Origin: Lingula anatina
Lineage: Eukaryota; Animalia; Brachiopoda
Direction of reading: 5' to 3'
NCBI GenBank assembly: GCA_051362555.1
Contig: CM120644.1
Coordinates: forward strand, 9,618,954-9,682,953
DNA: 64,000 nucleotides
Both the position numbers and the translations under genes were made by a program. This document shows positions 13,084-23,100 of this stretch, one piece after another. The notes beneath the pieces were generated by a model. That model saw only the letters and a program-made list of their open reading frames with translations, had not been told where the DNA came from and did no database searches. The stretch's first letter is position 1, and each line of letters opens with the position of its first letter.

Positions 13084-14469
13084 CTAACAACTTTCAATCA
13101 AAAGCACTAACTTCTGAATTGGTCTTTCTAAAATAACTGGCTTGGTTTCGCGTTTTCCCAGTGAATTTAAGTCATCAGTTCCTACACAAATCTTGGCCTT
13201 GCGCACTAATTTATCCTTGCTGGGAATACATTCAACCACTCTGCCTAGTGGCCAACTGTTTCGCGCTACATTAGGTTCCACAACAAGAACAATATCTCCC
13301 ACTGTGATATTTCTCTTACATCTTGTCCAGCACTGTCTCTTGTTAAGATTCTGAAGATACTCTTTCCTCCATCTGCTCCAGAACTGTTGTGTGAGAAACT
13401 GAACTCTTCTCCATCTCTTCCTGAGATACATGTCCTGAGAAACAAAATTTCCTGGGGGTGGTAGTGGCACACTAGATTTCATTGTAAGAATGTGATTAGG
13501 TGTCAGGGGCTCTGCACACTCAGGATCATTGATATTGGCCATTGATAGAGGACGGCTGTTTACGATTGCCATTGCTTCATAAAACAGTGTGCGTAAAGAT
13601 GAATAATCCAATCTACCTGGGCAGAGATTAATCACTCCTGCTAATACATTCCTTATAGTACGAATCTGTCGCTCCCATACTCCACCAACATGACTAGAAT
13701 GAGGTGCATTCATAAGAAAATCACAATCTTGATTGGCTAGGTAACAAGCTACCTTCTGAGCATCCATTTCCTTTAATGCAGCTGTGAATTCATTCTTTGC
13801 ACCTACAAAATTGCTCCCTTGATCTGATCTGATCTGGCGAACTTTTCCTCTAATAGAAATGAAACATCTAAGAGCATTTATAAACGCATCTGATGACATG
13901 TCGTCCAGCATTTCAACATGCACTGCTCTAGAACATAAACAGGTAAATAACAGACCATAGCGTTTGAACTCCTTCCTATTCTGTTTCACAATGAAAGGAC
14001 CAAAGCAATCCATTGCACTATATTCAAATGGAGATGATGCTTCCACACGATCAGAAGGCAAATCTGCCATTTTCTGCTCTTCCACTGGTTTTCTCATTTT
14101 CCTGCATGTAACACATCTGAGAATAATTTCAGATGTCAACTTCCCTCCAGCAAGGATCCAAAATCCATTGGCTCTGACTTCATTTAGAGTCATACCACGG
14201 CCCATATGACCAATGCGTTTATGAAAATGAGATACAATCAATTTTGAAACATAGCTATCCTTGGGCAATATTACTGGATGCTGAACAGAAAAGGCAAAAC
14301 TTGATTGTCCTAGCCTTCCTCCCACACGAATTACTCCTTTATTGTCTTTAAAGGGGTTCAATGTTGAACTAGGAGGTTTTCCCTCGAACTTCTGTTCTTG
14401 AGCTAATTTCCTCTTCTGAAGTAAGACTTGCATTTTTGATACCTCTTGCTCTTCTTTTGAGCCTTGCAA
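13084..14469 (-). CDS. BEL/Pao integrase region (zinc-binding HHCC, DDE core, C-terminal domain); frameshifted relative to the upstream pol segment
   Basis: HPVILP..H..GH..C..C, MDCFGPF, FTCLCSRAVHVE, IRSDQGSNF, GGVWERQIR, PLTPNHIL, FWSRWRKEYL, ERPIQKLVLL. Confidence 0.93.
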   Translation of the reverse strand: MQGSKEEQEVSKMQVLLQKRKLAQEQKFEGKPPSSTLNPFKDNKGVIRVGGRLGQSSFAFSVQHPVILPKDSYVSKLIVSHFHKRIGHMGRGMTLNEVRANGFWILAGGKLTSEIILRCVTCRKMRKPVEEQKMADLPSDRVEASSPFEYSAMDCFGPFIVKQNRKEFKRYGLLFTCLCSRAVHVEMLDDMSSDAFINALRCFISIRGKVRQIRSDQGSNFVGAKNEFTAALKEMDAQKVACYLANQDCDFLMNAPHSSHVGGVWERQIRTIRNVLAGVINLCPGRLDYSSLRTLFYEAMAIVNSRPLSMANINDPECAEPLTPNHILTMKSSVPLPPPGNFVSQDMYLRKRWRRVQFLTQQFWSRWRKEYLQNLNKRQCWTRCKRNITVGDIVLVVEPNVARNSWPLGRVVECIPSKDKLVRKAKICVGTDDLNSLGKRETKPVILERPIQKLVLLIESC

Positions 14470-15739
14470 TTGCTCTGACTGCTCTAGACCAATCTGAAAA
14501 TTTCTCGAGTCTTTCTATCATGGACTTCCCTTCTACTGTCTTTGTACTCCTCACAGTAGCTGTTTTGATCTCTGGGTCCATTTCTGGTAACTGTACATCA
14601 TTGTGGGGCATGTCAGCCATCTCTAAATCAGGATTCCAAAGAAATCTTGGTCCTGTAAACCAGGTAGAGTCTCTCAACTTCTCCACTGATAAACCTCTTG
14701 ATGCGTGATCTGCAGGGTTGTCTTCACTTCTTACATAGTGCCATTGCTGTGGGGAAGTTGCTTCTCTGATCAGCTCTACTCTGTTGGCTACATATATTTT
14801 TAATCTGCGTGTGTCATTGTTTATGTAACCTAGCACAATCTTTGAATCTGTCCAAAAATAATGACGGTACTTCTCTGTCAATTCAGATTCAAGAACTTTG
14901 CTCATTTTGAGAGAGACTACTGCAGCATTGAGCTCCAATCTTGGTAGAGTGATAACCTTCAGTGGAGTTACTCTGGCCTTTGACATGACAAGAGAACAAT
15001 GTACTTCGTTTTTCTCGTTCACAAGTCTTATATAAGAACATTGCCCATATCCAGATAAACTCGCATCAGAGAAATGATGAAGTTCTCTTCGCATTACTGT
15101 TCCAAAGTTCTTTGGTATAAAACACCGGGCCACTTTGATAATTTGAATATCCTTCAATTCTTCAGACCATTTTTCCCACTGTGGCATAAGATCATTGGAA
15201 AGTTCTTCATCCCATGCAGAATTCTCTTTACACATTTGTTGCAATATCTGCTTCCCAATAAGAACAAATGGGGATAGAAAGCCAAGGGGATCATACACGG
15301 ATGCCACTGTAGATAGAACTCCCCTGCGTGTTTTTGCCTTGACTTCATTTGTAAAAGCTCTGTACTGAAAGACATCTTCTTCTACATTCCACTGTAATCC
15401 CAACGCAGTGGAAACTGGCAATCTGTCTTTATTCAAATCCACACCATTCACCTCTGTAGCACGCTCAGACTCTGGGACCGTTTCCAATACCTCCCTGCTA
15501 TTGGACAAGAATTTGTGCAAACGTATGCCTCCATTGTCACACAATTTCCTTGCCTGATCGATAATCTGAATGGCGGTATCTACGTCATCAGAGCTGGTCA
15601 AACCATCATCAACATAGAAGTGATGCTTAATGAATTCTGCTGCCAATGGGTACTCATTCTCGTAACTTTTAGCAAGATATTTCAAACCAAAATTGGCACA
15701 ACCAGGTGATGAAGTAGCTCCAAATAGATGTACTTTCAT
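14369..15739 (-). CDS. BEL/Pao RT C-terminal part and RNase H (Pao peptidase A17 region)
   Basis: HLFGATSSPGCA, FYVDD, VYDPLGFLSP, LHHFSDAS, PRLELNAA, FWTDS, NPADHASRG. Separated from the upstream ORF by an in-frame TGA at 15782-15784, where FLWW is expected. Confidence 0.93.
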   Translation of the reverse strand: MKVHLFGATSSPGCANFGLKYLAKSYENEYPLAAEFIKHHFYVDDGLTSSDDVDTAIQIIDQARKLCDNGGIRLHKFLSNSREVLETVPESERATEVNGVDLNKDRLPVSTALGLQWNVEEDVFQYRAFTNEVKAKTRRGVLSTVASVYDPLGFLSPFVLIGKQILQQMCKENSAWDEELSNDLMPQWEKWSEELKDIQIIKVARCFIPKNFGTVMRRELHHFSDASLSGYGQCSYIRLVNEKNEVHCSLVMSKARVTPLKVITLPRLELNAAVVSLKMSKVLESELTEKYRHYFWTDSKIVLGYINNDTRRLKIYVANRVELIREATSPQQWHYVRSEDNPADHASRGLSVEKLRDSTWFTGPRFLWNPDLEMADMPHNDVQLPEMDPEIKTATVRSTKTVEGKSMIERLEKFSDWSRAVRAIARLKRRARGIKNASLTSEEEISSRTEVRGKTS

Positions 15740-15781
15740 CCTGAAAGCCGTTGGCTCCTTGGTAATGTCACCCTTCTTCCA

Positions 15782-17449
15782 TCACAGAAATCGCAGGTAA
15801 TTTCTATCGTTATCGTGGACTAGGAATTGATGAAACATTTTTTCAATATCACATGCTACTGCCACTGGGTGTTCTCTAAATCTAATCAAAACTCCTAGAA
15901 GGCTACTTGTTAAGTCAGGACCACTTAGTAAATGTTGATTAAGTGAGGTTTGTTTGTAAGTTGCAGAACAATCAAATACCACACGAAGTTTTCCTTTCTG
16001 TGGATGATAAACTGCATGATGTGGCAAGTACCATACTTCTCCTTTAGTGGTATCATCTGGAGCTTCTTCAGCCTCACCTCGGTCTATAATACCTTGCACC
16101 ATGCTCGTGTACGATTCACGATAACTTGGATCTCGCTCAAACTTGCGTCTCAGATGATCAAGGCGTTGGAGTGCCTGGGACTTGTTATCAGGGAGAGCTG
16201 GTCGTCTTCTGAATGGCAATGGCATCTGAATGTGACCATTATCCAACTGCTGTATATTGGTTTCTTGTACTCTCAAAAACTGCAAATCTTCTTGAGACAT
16301 CTCAACTTCGGTCTTGTCGTGAACAAAATCCTTTTCTAAGGCATTAATAACGTCTTTTGGCATACAAGGAAACACCTCCTTTGTCGTCACACGGTGACAA
16401 ACTGAAGCTAAGTTATCTCTTGAAGAGCAGCCAACAATACTCCACCCAAGTATAGTCTGCACTGCATATGGCTCGCTATTTCCACCAACTAGAGTCTCTC
16501 TAGGTAGCAATGCTTGTGGACAATTAAAACCAATGAGTAAACCCACATCACAAGTCTGTAGGGGAGGAATCTTGTTCAAAAGAGGCTTTAGATGTTGCCA
16601 GTCTGTTACAGTTTTTCTCGTAGGAATTTGTGTTCTGTCTGCAGGTATAAACTCTCTAGTGAATGCTTGATCAATCTCTAATGTCTCAGTAGACTTGAAT
16701 CCTCTTACTCGCAATCTTCTGATTTTCTTGCTATCTATGAGGGATTTCTGAGCTGACATTGTTGATAAACTAAGTGTGGTATGCTCTGTTTCAGCATTTA
16801 AAGCAGCAGCCGTATCTTCTAATAAAAATGTAGTGTCACTCTGTGTATCTAAAAGTGCGTAAGTCAACACCTCATGCTCTGGATTTTCCTGTGTAGACAC
16901 CCAAACAGGCACTATCATGGTGATGCTACTCTGACGGTGATGCTGATTGACTTTGAGAGAATTTACACTTTGAGTTTCTCTGCTGGTAGGTGGCTGCCTT
17001 TCTTCGTGCATGCAGGTTGGATGCTTGACCTTACAGGTACCACATACATGTTTTCTTCTGCAGTCACTGTTTCTGTGTCCCTGTCCTAAACATCCAAAGC
17101 ACAAATTCTTCTTCACCACAAACTCCCTTTTCTTGGATATCGTTAAAGCGCCAAAGTCATGACATCTAGAGATATAATGACCTTCTTTCTCACAATATGT
17201 GCACAATTTTTTCTCTGCTACACCAGCATTAACATTTAGAGCTCTGACCGTATCATGCACCTTGTTCACCAATGGAGAGGTAATGGGATTGCAAGCCACT
17301 TCTGATTCTTCTGACAGGAAAGCACAAAAGTCACAAAAGGAGGGGTAGCCTTCAGTCTTCATAGACCTTGTCACTTGACGGTTCCATCTGTGTGATACAA
17401 ACTGTGGTAGCTTGTTAACCATTTTCCTGTTTTCACTATAATCATTCAA
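15782..17449 (-). CDS. BEL/Pao Gag zinc knuckles, aspartic protease and RT N-terminal part
   Basis: Three CCHC knuckles (CTYC..H....C, CFGCL..GH....C, CGTC...H...MH), YALLDTQSD protease motif, WYLPHHAV, LRVVFDCSA, CDIEKMFHQF. Confidence 0.93.
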   Translation of the reverse strand: MNDYSENRKMVNKLPQFVSHRWNRQVTRSMKTEGYPSFCDFCAFLSEESEVACNPITSPLVNKVHDTVRALNVNAGVAEKKLCTYCEKEGHYISRCHDFGALTISKKREFVVKKNLCFGCLGQGHRNSDCRRKHVCGTCKVKHPTCMHEERQPPTSRETQSVNSLKVNQHHRQSSITMIVPVWVSTQENPEHEVLTYALLDTQSDTTFLLEDTAAALNAETEHTTLSLSTMSAQKSLIDSKKIRRLRVRGFKSTETLEIDQAFTREFIPADRTQIPTRKTVTDWQHLKPLLNKIPPLQTCDVGLLIGFNCPQALLPRETLVGGNSEPYAVQTILGWSIVGCSSRDNLASVCHRVTTKEVFPCMPKDVINALEKDFVHDKTEVEMSQEDLQFLRVQETNIQQLDNGHIQMPLPFRRRPALPDNKSQALQRLDHLRRKFERDPSYRESYTSMVQGIIDRGEAEEAPDDTTKGEVWYLPHHAVYHPQKGKLRVVFDCSATYKQTSLNQHLLSGPDLTSSLLGVLIRFREHPVAVACDIEKMFHQFLVHDNDRNYLRFL

Positions 17450-19353
17450 AGCTGTGAGTCCCTTGACGTCGGCATGGCATCACATACAGCATTCAGAAAG
17501 TCTGAGTAGTCTCTGAGTGCATTTCCATCTTTTTCTGGAATCTTTGGCCATTTATCAAGCTTTTCTCTGAAAGACTTCTGTATCAGGAACTCATCTCCAA
17601 ACCTTTCGTTCAGCTTTCTCCAGGCATCATCAAATGCTGCTTCATCTGTTCTTAAGAAAGCTCCCTGAATCATTTTAGCAGCAGGCCCTGCTGTATACTT
17701 CCTAAGAAAAAAGAGTTTCTCAGTAGCATTGAGGGCTTTTCTTCCAATTAAGACAGAGAAGGAGTTCTTCCATTCAGGAAACAGCAATGGATTACCTGCA
17801 AATACCTTTGGTTCTGGAACAGGTAGGCGTCCTAAAGACAAACTCTGTTGAAGAGCTTCTGTTAATCCATCGAGGAAAACTGCTGGCGTGTGATCAGTTG
17901 TGGCCATAGGCGTAGAGACTGCATGCATGTGTGCAGTTGAAGCTATGGGCACCGAAACATCAGGTGCAGACGGGGAAACTGAGGGTACACACACAACTGC
18001 AGTTGTAGACACGGGAACCTCTGATGTGTAGACAGCTGCAGTCACAGGCATGGGAACCTCGGGTGTATGAACAGCTATAGTCGCAGGCATGGACACCACA
18101 TGTGCATGAACAGCTGTATTCGCTGACACGGGAACTGAGGGTACGCGCACAGCTGCAGTCACAGGCATGGGAACTTTTGATGTTGAGGCAGCTGCTGTCA
18201 CAGGCATGGGGACATCAGGTGTATAAACAGCTGTACTCGCAGGCACGGACACCACATGTGCATGAACAGCTGTAGTCGCAGGCAGGGAAACAGAGGGCAC
18301 GCGCACAGCTGCAGTCACAGGCACGGGAACCTCAGGTGCATAAACAGCTGTAGTCGCTGACAGGGGAACCTCTGGTGGTAAGATAGTTGTAGTCACAGGC
18401 ACAGAAACCTCGGGTGTATAAGCAGCTGTAGTCGCAGGCACGGACAACATATGTGCATGAATAGCTGTAGACGCTGACACGGGAACCTCTGATGTTGAAG
18501 CAACTGCAGTCACAGGCACGGGAACCTCAGGCGTATAGACAGCTGTAGTTGTAGGCACGGACACCACGTGTGCATGAACAGCTGCAGTCACAGACACGGG
18601 AACCTCTGATGATGAGACAGTTGCAGTCACAGGCACGGAAACCTCGGGTGTATAAACAGCTGTAGTTGCAGGCAGGGAAACATCTGTTGTGTGTGCATCT
18701 GTAGTCACTGGCAGGGAAACTGAGGGCATGTGTATCTTGTCAAACTCATTTAAAGCATCAATTTTCGCCTGAGAAACACGTAAACTAGTCTGTATTTCTA
18801 AATCTTCCTCTTTAAATTTCAATTCTAACCTTGCTCTCTCCAATTCCTGCTTTACTTTCATGGCTGATGCACGAATGCTCAACTCAGCTTGTTTCTGTGC
18901 TTCCTCCAATTTCAGAAGACTTGACGTTGAGGAGCCACGAGAACTGGTGCTTGATCTGGTACTGACTGATTTAGAGTCTTCAGTGTGCTCAGTGACTGAC
19001 GATAATTTCTGCTCCATAATTCTCTTGAATTCCAATAACATTTTTCTGCGAGGCTCATCAATAACTGCCGTGTCAGAATGGCTTTGTAATTTCAACAAAT
19101 TATCTTCAATTTCAAAATATTGGTCACAGTTCTGCAACCATTCTGCATATTCTTCTTTGAGTAGTGTACTGCTACCACCTTCTTTAATTATGGCATTGCA
19201 CCGTTCCATAATTTTTGACAGTTCTCCAAAGAGTTGCTTACATCTTTTACCTTGTATCTCAACAGAATATTCCTTTCCCTTTTCTGTCATCGTTACAGTT
19301 CTTTTCTTCGTTAGGGAATTGGTTGACTCGTTTTCACTATAACGGAGGCTCAT
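17446..19353 (-). CDS. BEL/Pao Gag N-terminal part with a long 13-aa P/V/T/A repeat insert
   Basis: MTEKG motif, coiled coil, LPVPEPKVFAGNPL.FPEWK..F (DUF1759-like). Frameshift to the next ORF at ~17450. Confidence 0.88.
   Translation of the reverse strand: MSLRYSENESTNSLTKKRTVTMTEKGKEYSVEIQGKRCKQLFGELSKIMERCNAIIKEGGSSTLLKEEYAEWLQNCDQYFEIEDNLLKLQSHSDTAVIDEPRRKMLLEFKRIMEQKLSSVTEHTEDSKSVSTRSSTSSRGSSTSSLLKLEEAQKQAELSIRASAMKVKQELERARLELKFKEEDLEIQTSLRVSQAKIDALNEFDKIHMPSVSLPVTTDAHTTDVSLPATTAVYTPEVSVPVTATVSSSEVPVSVTAAVHAHVVSVPTTTAVYTPEVPVPVTAVASTSEVPVSASTAIHAHMLSVPATTAAYTPEVSVPVTTTILPPEVPLSATTAVYAPEVPVPVTAAVRVPSVSLPATTAVHAHVVSVPASTAVYTPDVPMPVTAAASTSKVPMPVTAAVRVPSVPVSANTAVHAHVVSMPATIAVHTPEVPMPVTAAVYTSEVPVSTTAVVCVPSVSPSAPDVSVPIASTAHMHAVSTPMATTDHTPAVFLDGLTEALQQSLSLGRLPVPEPKVFAGNPLLFPEWKNSFSVLIGRKALNATEKLFFLRKYTAGPAAKMIQGAFLRTDEAAFDDAWRKLNERFGDEFLIQKSFREKLDKWPKIPEKDGNALRDYSDFLNAVCDAMPTSRDSQL
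17900..18730 (-). repeat. 39-bp coding minisatellite (~19-20 units) inside gag
   Basis: 13-aa units such as VSLPATTAVYTPE / VPVPVTAVASTSE / VPVSASTAIHAHM. Confidence 0.9.
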
Positions 19354-20040
19354 ATTGCAGTTGTATTATCTTTATTCTTCCTTTAAATACAAGTCATGAT
19401 TCTCCATTAGATTGTCAGTGAAAACGTTGATGTCTACACCCTCTACTGTAATCCTGCAATAAACAAATAAAAGTACTTAGACTGCGTTCGTTATTATTTT
19501 ACCTTTCGTTGCGTTATGATCTAAGAATACTCGTTAACTTGTGTTACAGGTTCTCTAATGAGGGCTTTCGCTTACACACTTAAGTTATAAGACTTACTTC
19601 TAGTTTTGCCCATTGTTTACCTTTGCAATTCAAACTATTAGCCTTTAACTATTGTTATATAGTAAAAAAGAGAGAGTAATTTACCTTGACATTTAAGAAA
19701 TATCTGTTAAATGTGAAGCGCTCTTATTCATGAAACCACATGGTTTCGGACATCTTACAACAAAAAATAGTACCGGAAGAACAAAAATGACTGCGTTTTA
19801 ACAATGTAAAAAAATACATATATGTTTAACTGCAAAATGTAACATATGAACACCAAAAAACAACAATCATTTAATGAAACACAATCACAAAGTATAAAAA
19901 GATAAGTAAAATAAGCTATAGTGAGCAGGACTTATTTCCCGCATAGTAAAGCAACGCAAACAAAAACTGCATACTTCCGTAGCAATCTTGTGAGAGCATC
20001 TGTCACAATCACTACACTATTATTACTGGCTGCAGTTACA
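19338..20040 (-). repeat. 5' LTR of BEL/Pao element
   Basis: Begins TGTAAC at 20040 on the minus strand; direct repeat of 11807-12509. Confidence 0.95.
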
Positions 20041-21497
20041 AAATTGGTTTGGAAGGAGAAACCAACTCAGTAGGTAAGTACATTGGTAAATTCACAATTA
20101 AAAAAATAATAATAAAATGTTCAAAGCAAACTCCAGCAACATTTTCTATTATTGCTTTTGTTATTATTTAATTATTAACTGTCATGTACTTATTAGATTA
20201 AAGATAACCACCATACTCAAATTTTAATATTGTAATTTTGTTAATTACAGACTATGCTACAGGACCCTCAAGTGGTCGCACATGTAAGTACAACTTTGAT
20301 TATAACATAAATTACATACAGTTTTAATTTCACATTTGAGTAATACCTGCATGGTTTCTATTAGTAGGATTTTTACAAGTTATTTCAGTAATAACAGCAA
20401 AAGAAATCTTGAAAAAATTATTTTACTGATGTTTCATTTCTTTGTTAATAGTACAAATGTTTTACCTTTTTGTTTATAGTGGAATTTGAAGAAGGAATAG
20501 GGAACAATAACAATGTAAGGATCAATAACATTGTCAGATGTACATGATTGCAGCTTGTGGTTTTAACAATAATATCAATGGAAATATATTTAATACATAC
20601 ATACATAATGGTGTATATTAGCTAGATTGTGTATGTAACATATAAATGGTTTAATTTTCCATAACCACGTTGTTATTTTCATTTCCTAGGCTGCAGATGA
20701 AGAGAAGTCCATGCCAGAGGTTTGCAAATTACATTGTTACTTGTCAAAACTGCAATCTAACTGAATTCTATTGTCTATAGATTTTATGGTAATTTTTTTT
20801 TTATTAATTTATAGTATGCACTGGCTTATGGTAATTGAAATGCAGTAGTAACACAAACTTTCACAACATGTTTCAACTTTATTTACAGAAAGTTGCTGAA
20901 AATAATTCAGTAGCAGAAAAACCTGTAAGTGATTTTCAAACCTCAATCCTCAAAAACTAAAACCATATATATCATTCTGGTCAAACATTGTTTGATCTCT
21001 TGTAAAGTACTGTCACTTTCGGTTAATAATGAAATATTAAAGTACTGTCATTTCGGTTAATAATGAAATATTATAATTAATTCTGAAAAATACATTTATC
21101 TTTTAAAAATTTGTTATTGTTTCAACAAATTTTCTTTTTTAATGTACAGGTTCCAAACAAGAAGGACAGTGTAAATGACTTGTACAAACAATATTTAAGG
21201 GAGCGGACGGATGTAGCTAAATTGAAAAAGAGAAAGCTGCAGTTGGAGATTGTCTCATTGGAGGCTAATATGCAGCAACTTTAAGGTCAGTGTGTTAATG
21301 ATTCAAAACAAGGCACACTTTTATGATATAAATGCAACTACAGTTATGTCAAAGCTGAAAGTGGAGCTGAAAAAATTAGAAAAATTTATAAATAGAAATT
21401 ACCAAATGTACTGAAGACTGCTCTTAATGTATAGATTAAAAATCACTTAATAAACCTGTGCTTTTAAAATAAGTATCTTAAATATATGTATATTTAC

Positions 21498-22176
21498 CAT
21501 TTTCTAAGTGCCTGCACAAATTGGACTGCCTAAATATTCTTGAATCATGTACAGATCCAGGCCACTTGACCACCATGTTGGTCACAACAAAGGCATGATC
21601 ACAAACTAACTGAAAAAGTATGGGGAAATCATATATATAATGTGTGTAAAATATTTTCATTTTTATTACTTAGCTTTGTGTAATGTATAATAAATGTGCA
21701 AAGTGTTTACTTTTTATTTACAGCTAAAAACCATGTCAAAAGACCAGAGAAGAGTGCAAGGAAATGTGGAGAGTTAAAAGATTTAAATTGAAATTGTAGT
21801 GTTCCAATAAATTTTGTATTTTTTGTGCAAAGTACAAGTATTAAATTGTTAGTGTTTTTCAGCATATTATTGTATATATATTATAAATGTACATACATAT
21901 TTTAGTGTTTGAAATTTTGTAATTTATTGAATTATATTTTTATATTGGAGAAAGGAAAACATTTTTTCAGAAAAGGAATTTGTAAAAATACATGAATTGT
22001 TAAAGTTTGTTATATAAAGTTATTGTTATTTTTTTTCACATATTATTGTTACAGCAAATTTTATGAAATTTTAGATTTTAAAAGACATTTTCTCTCTATT
22101 TAATCAAATGCTTTATGAAGCAGTGTTGTTCATTGATGTGTTAGGGAAATCAGTGAATTTACAAATGTCAATAAAA

Positions 22177-22255
<79 letters not shown>

Positions 22256-22483
22256 GTATGAGTTTTTCATATTTCCCAAAATAATGTATTGGATATAAAA
22301 TATATACAATAACAAATATACTTTTTCGACATGTCAATAAAACATCAAAAGTAATTAAATATTTTACCCGTACATTTAGGCTGTGTCTGCCCTTTCTGTT
22401 CACAAAATCTGGCTCCCTAGCCCCAGTTGGTGCCAGTATATGTACGTGAGTACAGTCGATGGCACCTATTACATTGGGCATTC
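21498..22483 (-). pseudogene. PIF/Harbinger (HARBI1-like, DDE_Tnp_4) transposase, two surviving exons
   Basis: Exons 22483-22368 (GMPNVIGAIDCTHVHILAP...FVNRKGRHSLNV) and 21609-21498 (LVCDH...KWPGSVHDSRIFRQS) with GT-AG sites in compatible phase. Flanking exons not found. Convergent with the Myb/SANT gene. Confidence 0.9.
22159..22225. repeat. (TA)n microsatellite
   Basis: Direct reading. Confidence 0.95.
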
Positions 22484-22604
22484 CTGTGGAAAATTTTGAA
22501 TTAGTTATGAAAAGAAGTTATCAAATATATATTGATGGCCACTTGACCACCATATGCCGGGTTTTGAATCCAAATAATTCGCTTTTCTTGCAACCGCTCT
22601 CCTA

Positions 22605-23027
22605 CGGTGGCCCACAAGTGCACTCCAAATTCCAAACGACACTCCCAATTCTAAACCTCACACCGAATACTTAAACTTCACTCTCAATTCTTAAACCCCA
22701 CTCCGAATTCGTAAACCCCACTCCGAATTCGCAAACCTCACTCGGAATTCGTAAACCCCACTCCGAATTCGTAAACCTCACTCCGAATTGAAAAGGCTCA
22801 CTCCGAATTCGCAAACCTCACTCCGAATTCGTAAACCCCTCTCCGAATTCGTAAACCTCACTCCAAATTGAAAAAGCTCACTCCGAATTCGCAAACCTCA
22901 CTCCGAATTCGTAAACCCCACTCCGAATTCGTAAACCTCACTCCGAATTGAAAAAGCTCACTCCGAATTCGCAAACCTCACTCCGAATTCGTAAACCCCA
23001 CTCCGAATTCGTAAATTCGTAAATTCG
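22605..23027. repeat. 20-bp minisatellite (AAACCTCACTCCGAATTCGT)n, probably the truncated end of a TA-flanked MITE
   Basis: About 17-18 units with period 20 from ~22655; preceded by TA|CGGTGGCCCACAAG at 22603-22618; no matching right end. Confidence 0.8.
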
Positions 23028-23100
23028 TAATAGCCACGTGACCTTATAATAGGAGCCAGTCTACGAGACAAGGATTCTTTTAATTGTCTGATGTGTTCAG
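23028..23100 (-). pseudogene. C-terminal fragment of the Tc1 transposase whose 5' part lies at 5650-6595 (+)
   Basis: Reverse complement from 23100 reads CTG-AACACATC..., which continues the 6.6-kb frame as (SP)EHIRQLKESLSRRLAPIIRSRGY. This matches the Tc1 C-terminal pattern W..I..E.I..L..S..RR...I...G. Confidence 0.8.

Larger units (their letters stand above)
11807..20040 (-). mobile_element. Full-length young BEL/Pao LTR retrotransposon
   Basis: Two 703-bp LTRs (11807-12509, 19338-20040; about 9 differences by eye); 5-bp TSD AAATT (11802-11806, 20041-20045); poly-G PPT next to the 3' LTR; gag-PR-RT-RH-IN order. Confidence 0.97.
11022..21284 (+). pseudogene. Myb/SANT-like DNA-binding protein gene of a PIF/Harbinger element, interrupted by a BEL/Pao insertion
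   Basis: Phase-compatible GT-AG exons 11022-11179, 11384-11451, 11673-11806 + 20046-20073, 20251-20283, 20480-20514, 20690-20719, 20889-20924, 21150-21284. They give RKPNFSKTEE...KKKKWEEIASVV...IRKKMKNI...RTGGGP (Myb_DNA-bind_5-like) and a C-terminal coiled coil. The start exon was not identified. Confidence 0.85.

Noticed and set aside
22655-23027. CRISPR-like appearance of short regular repeats
   Set aside because: Head-to-tail 20-bp units without unique spacers, no cas genes, eukaryotic context.
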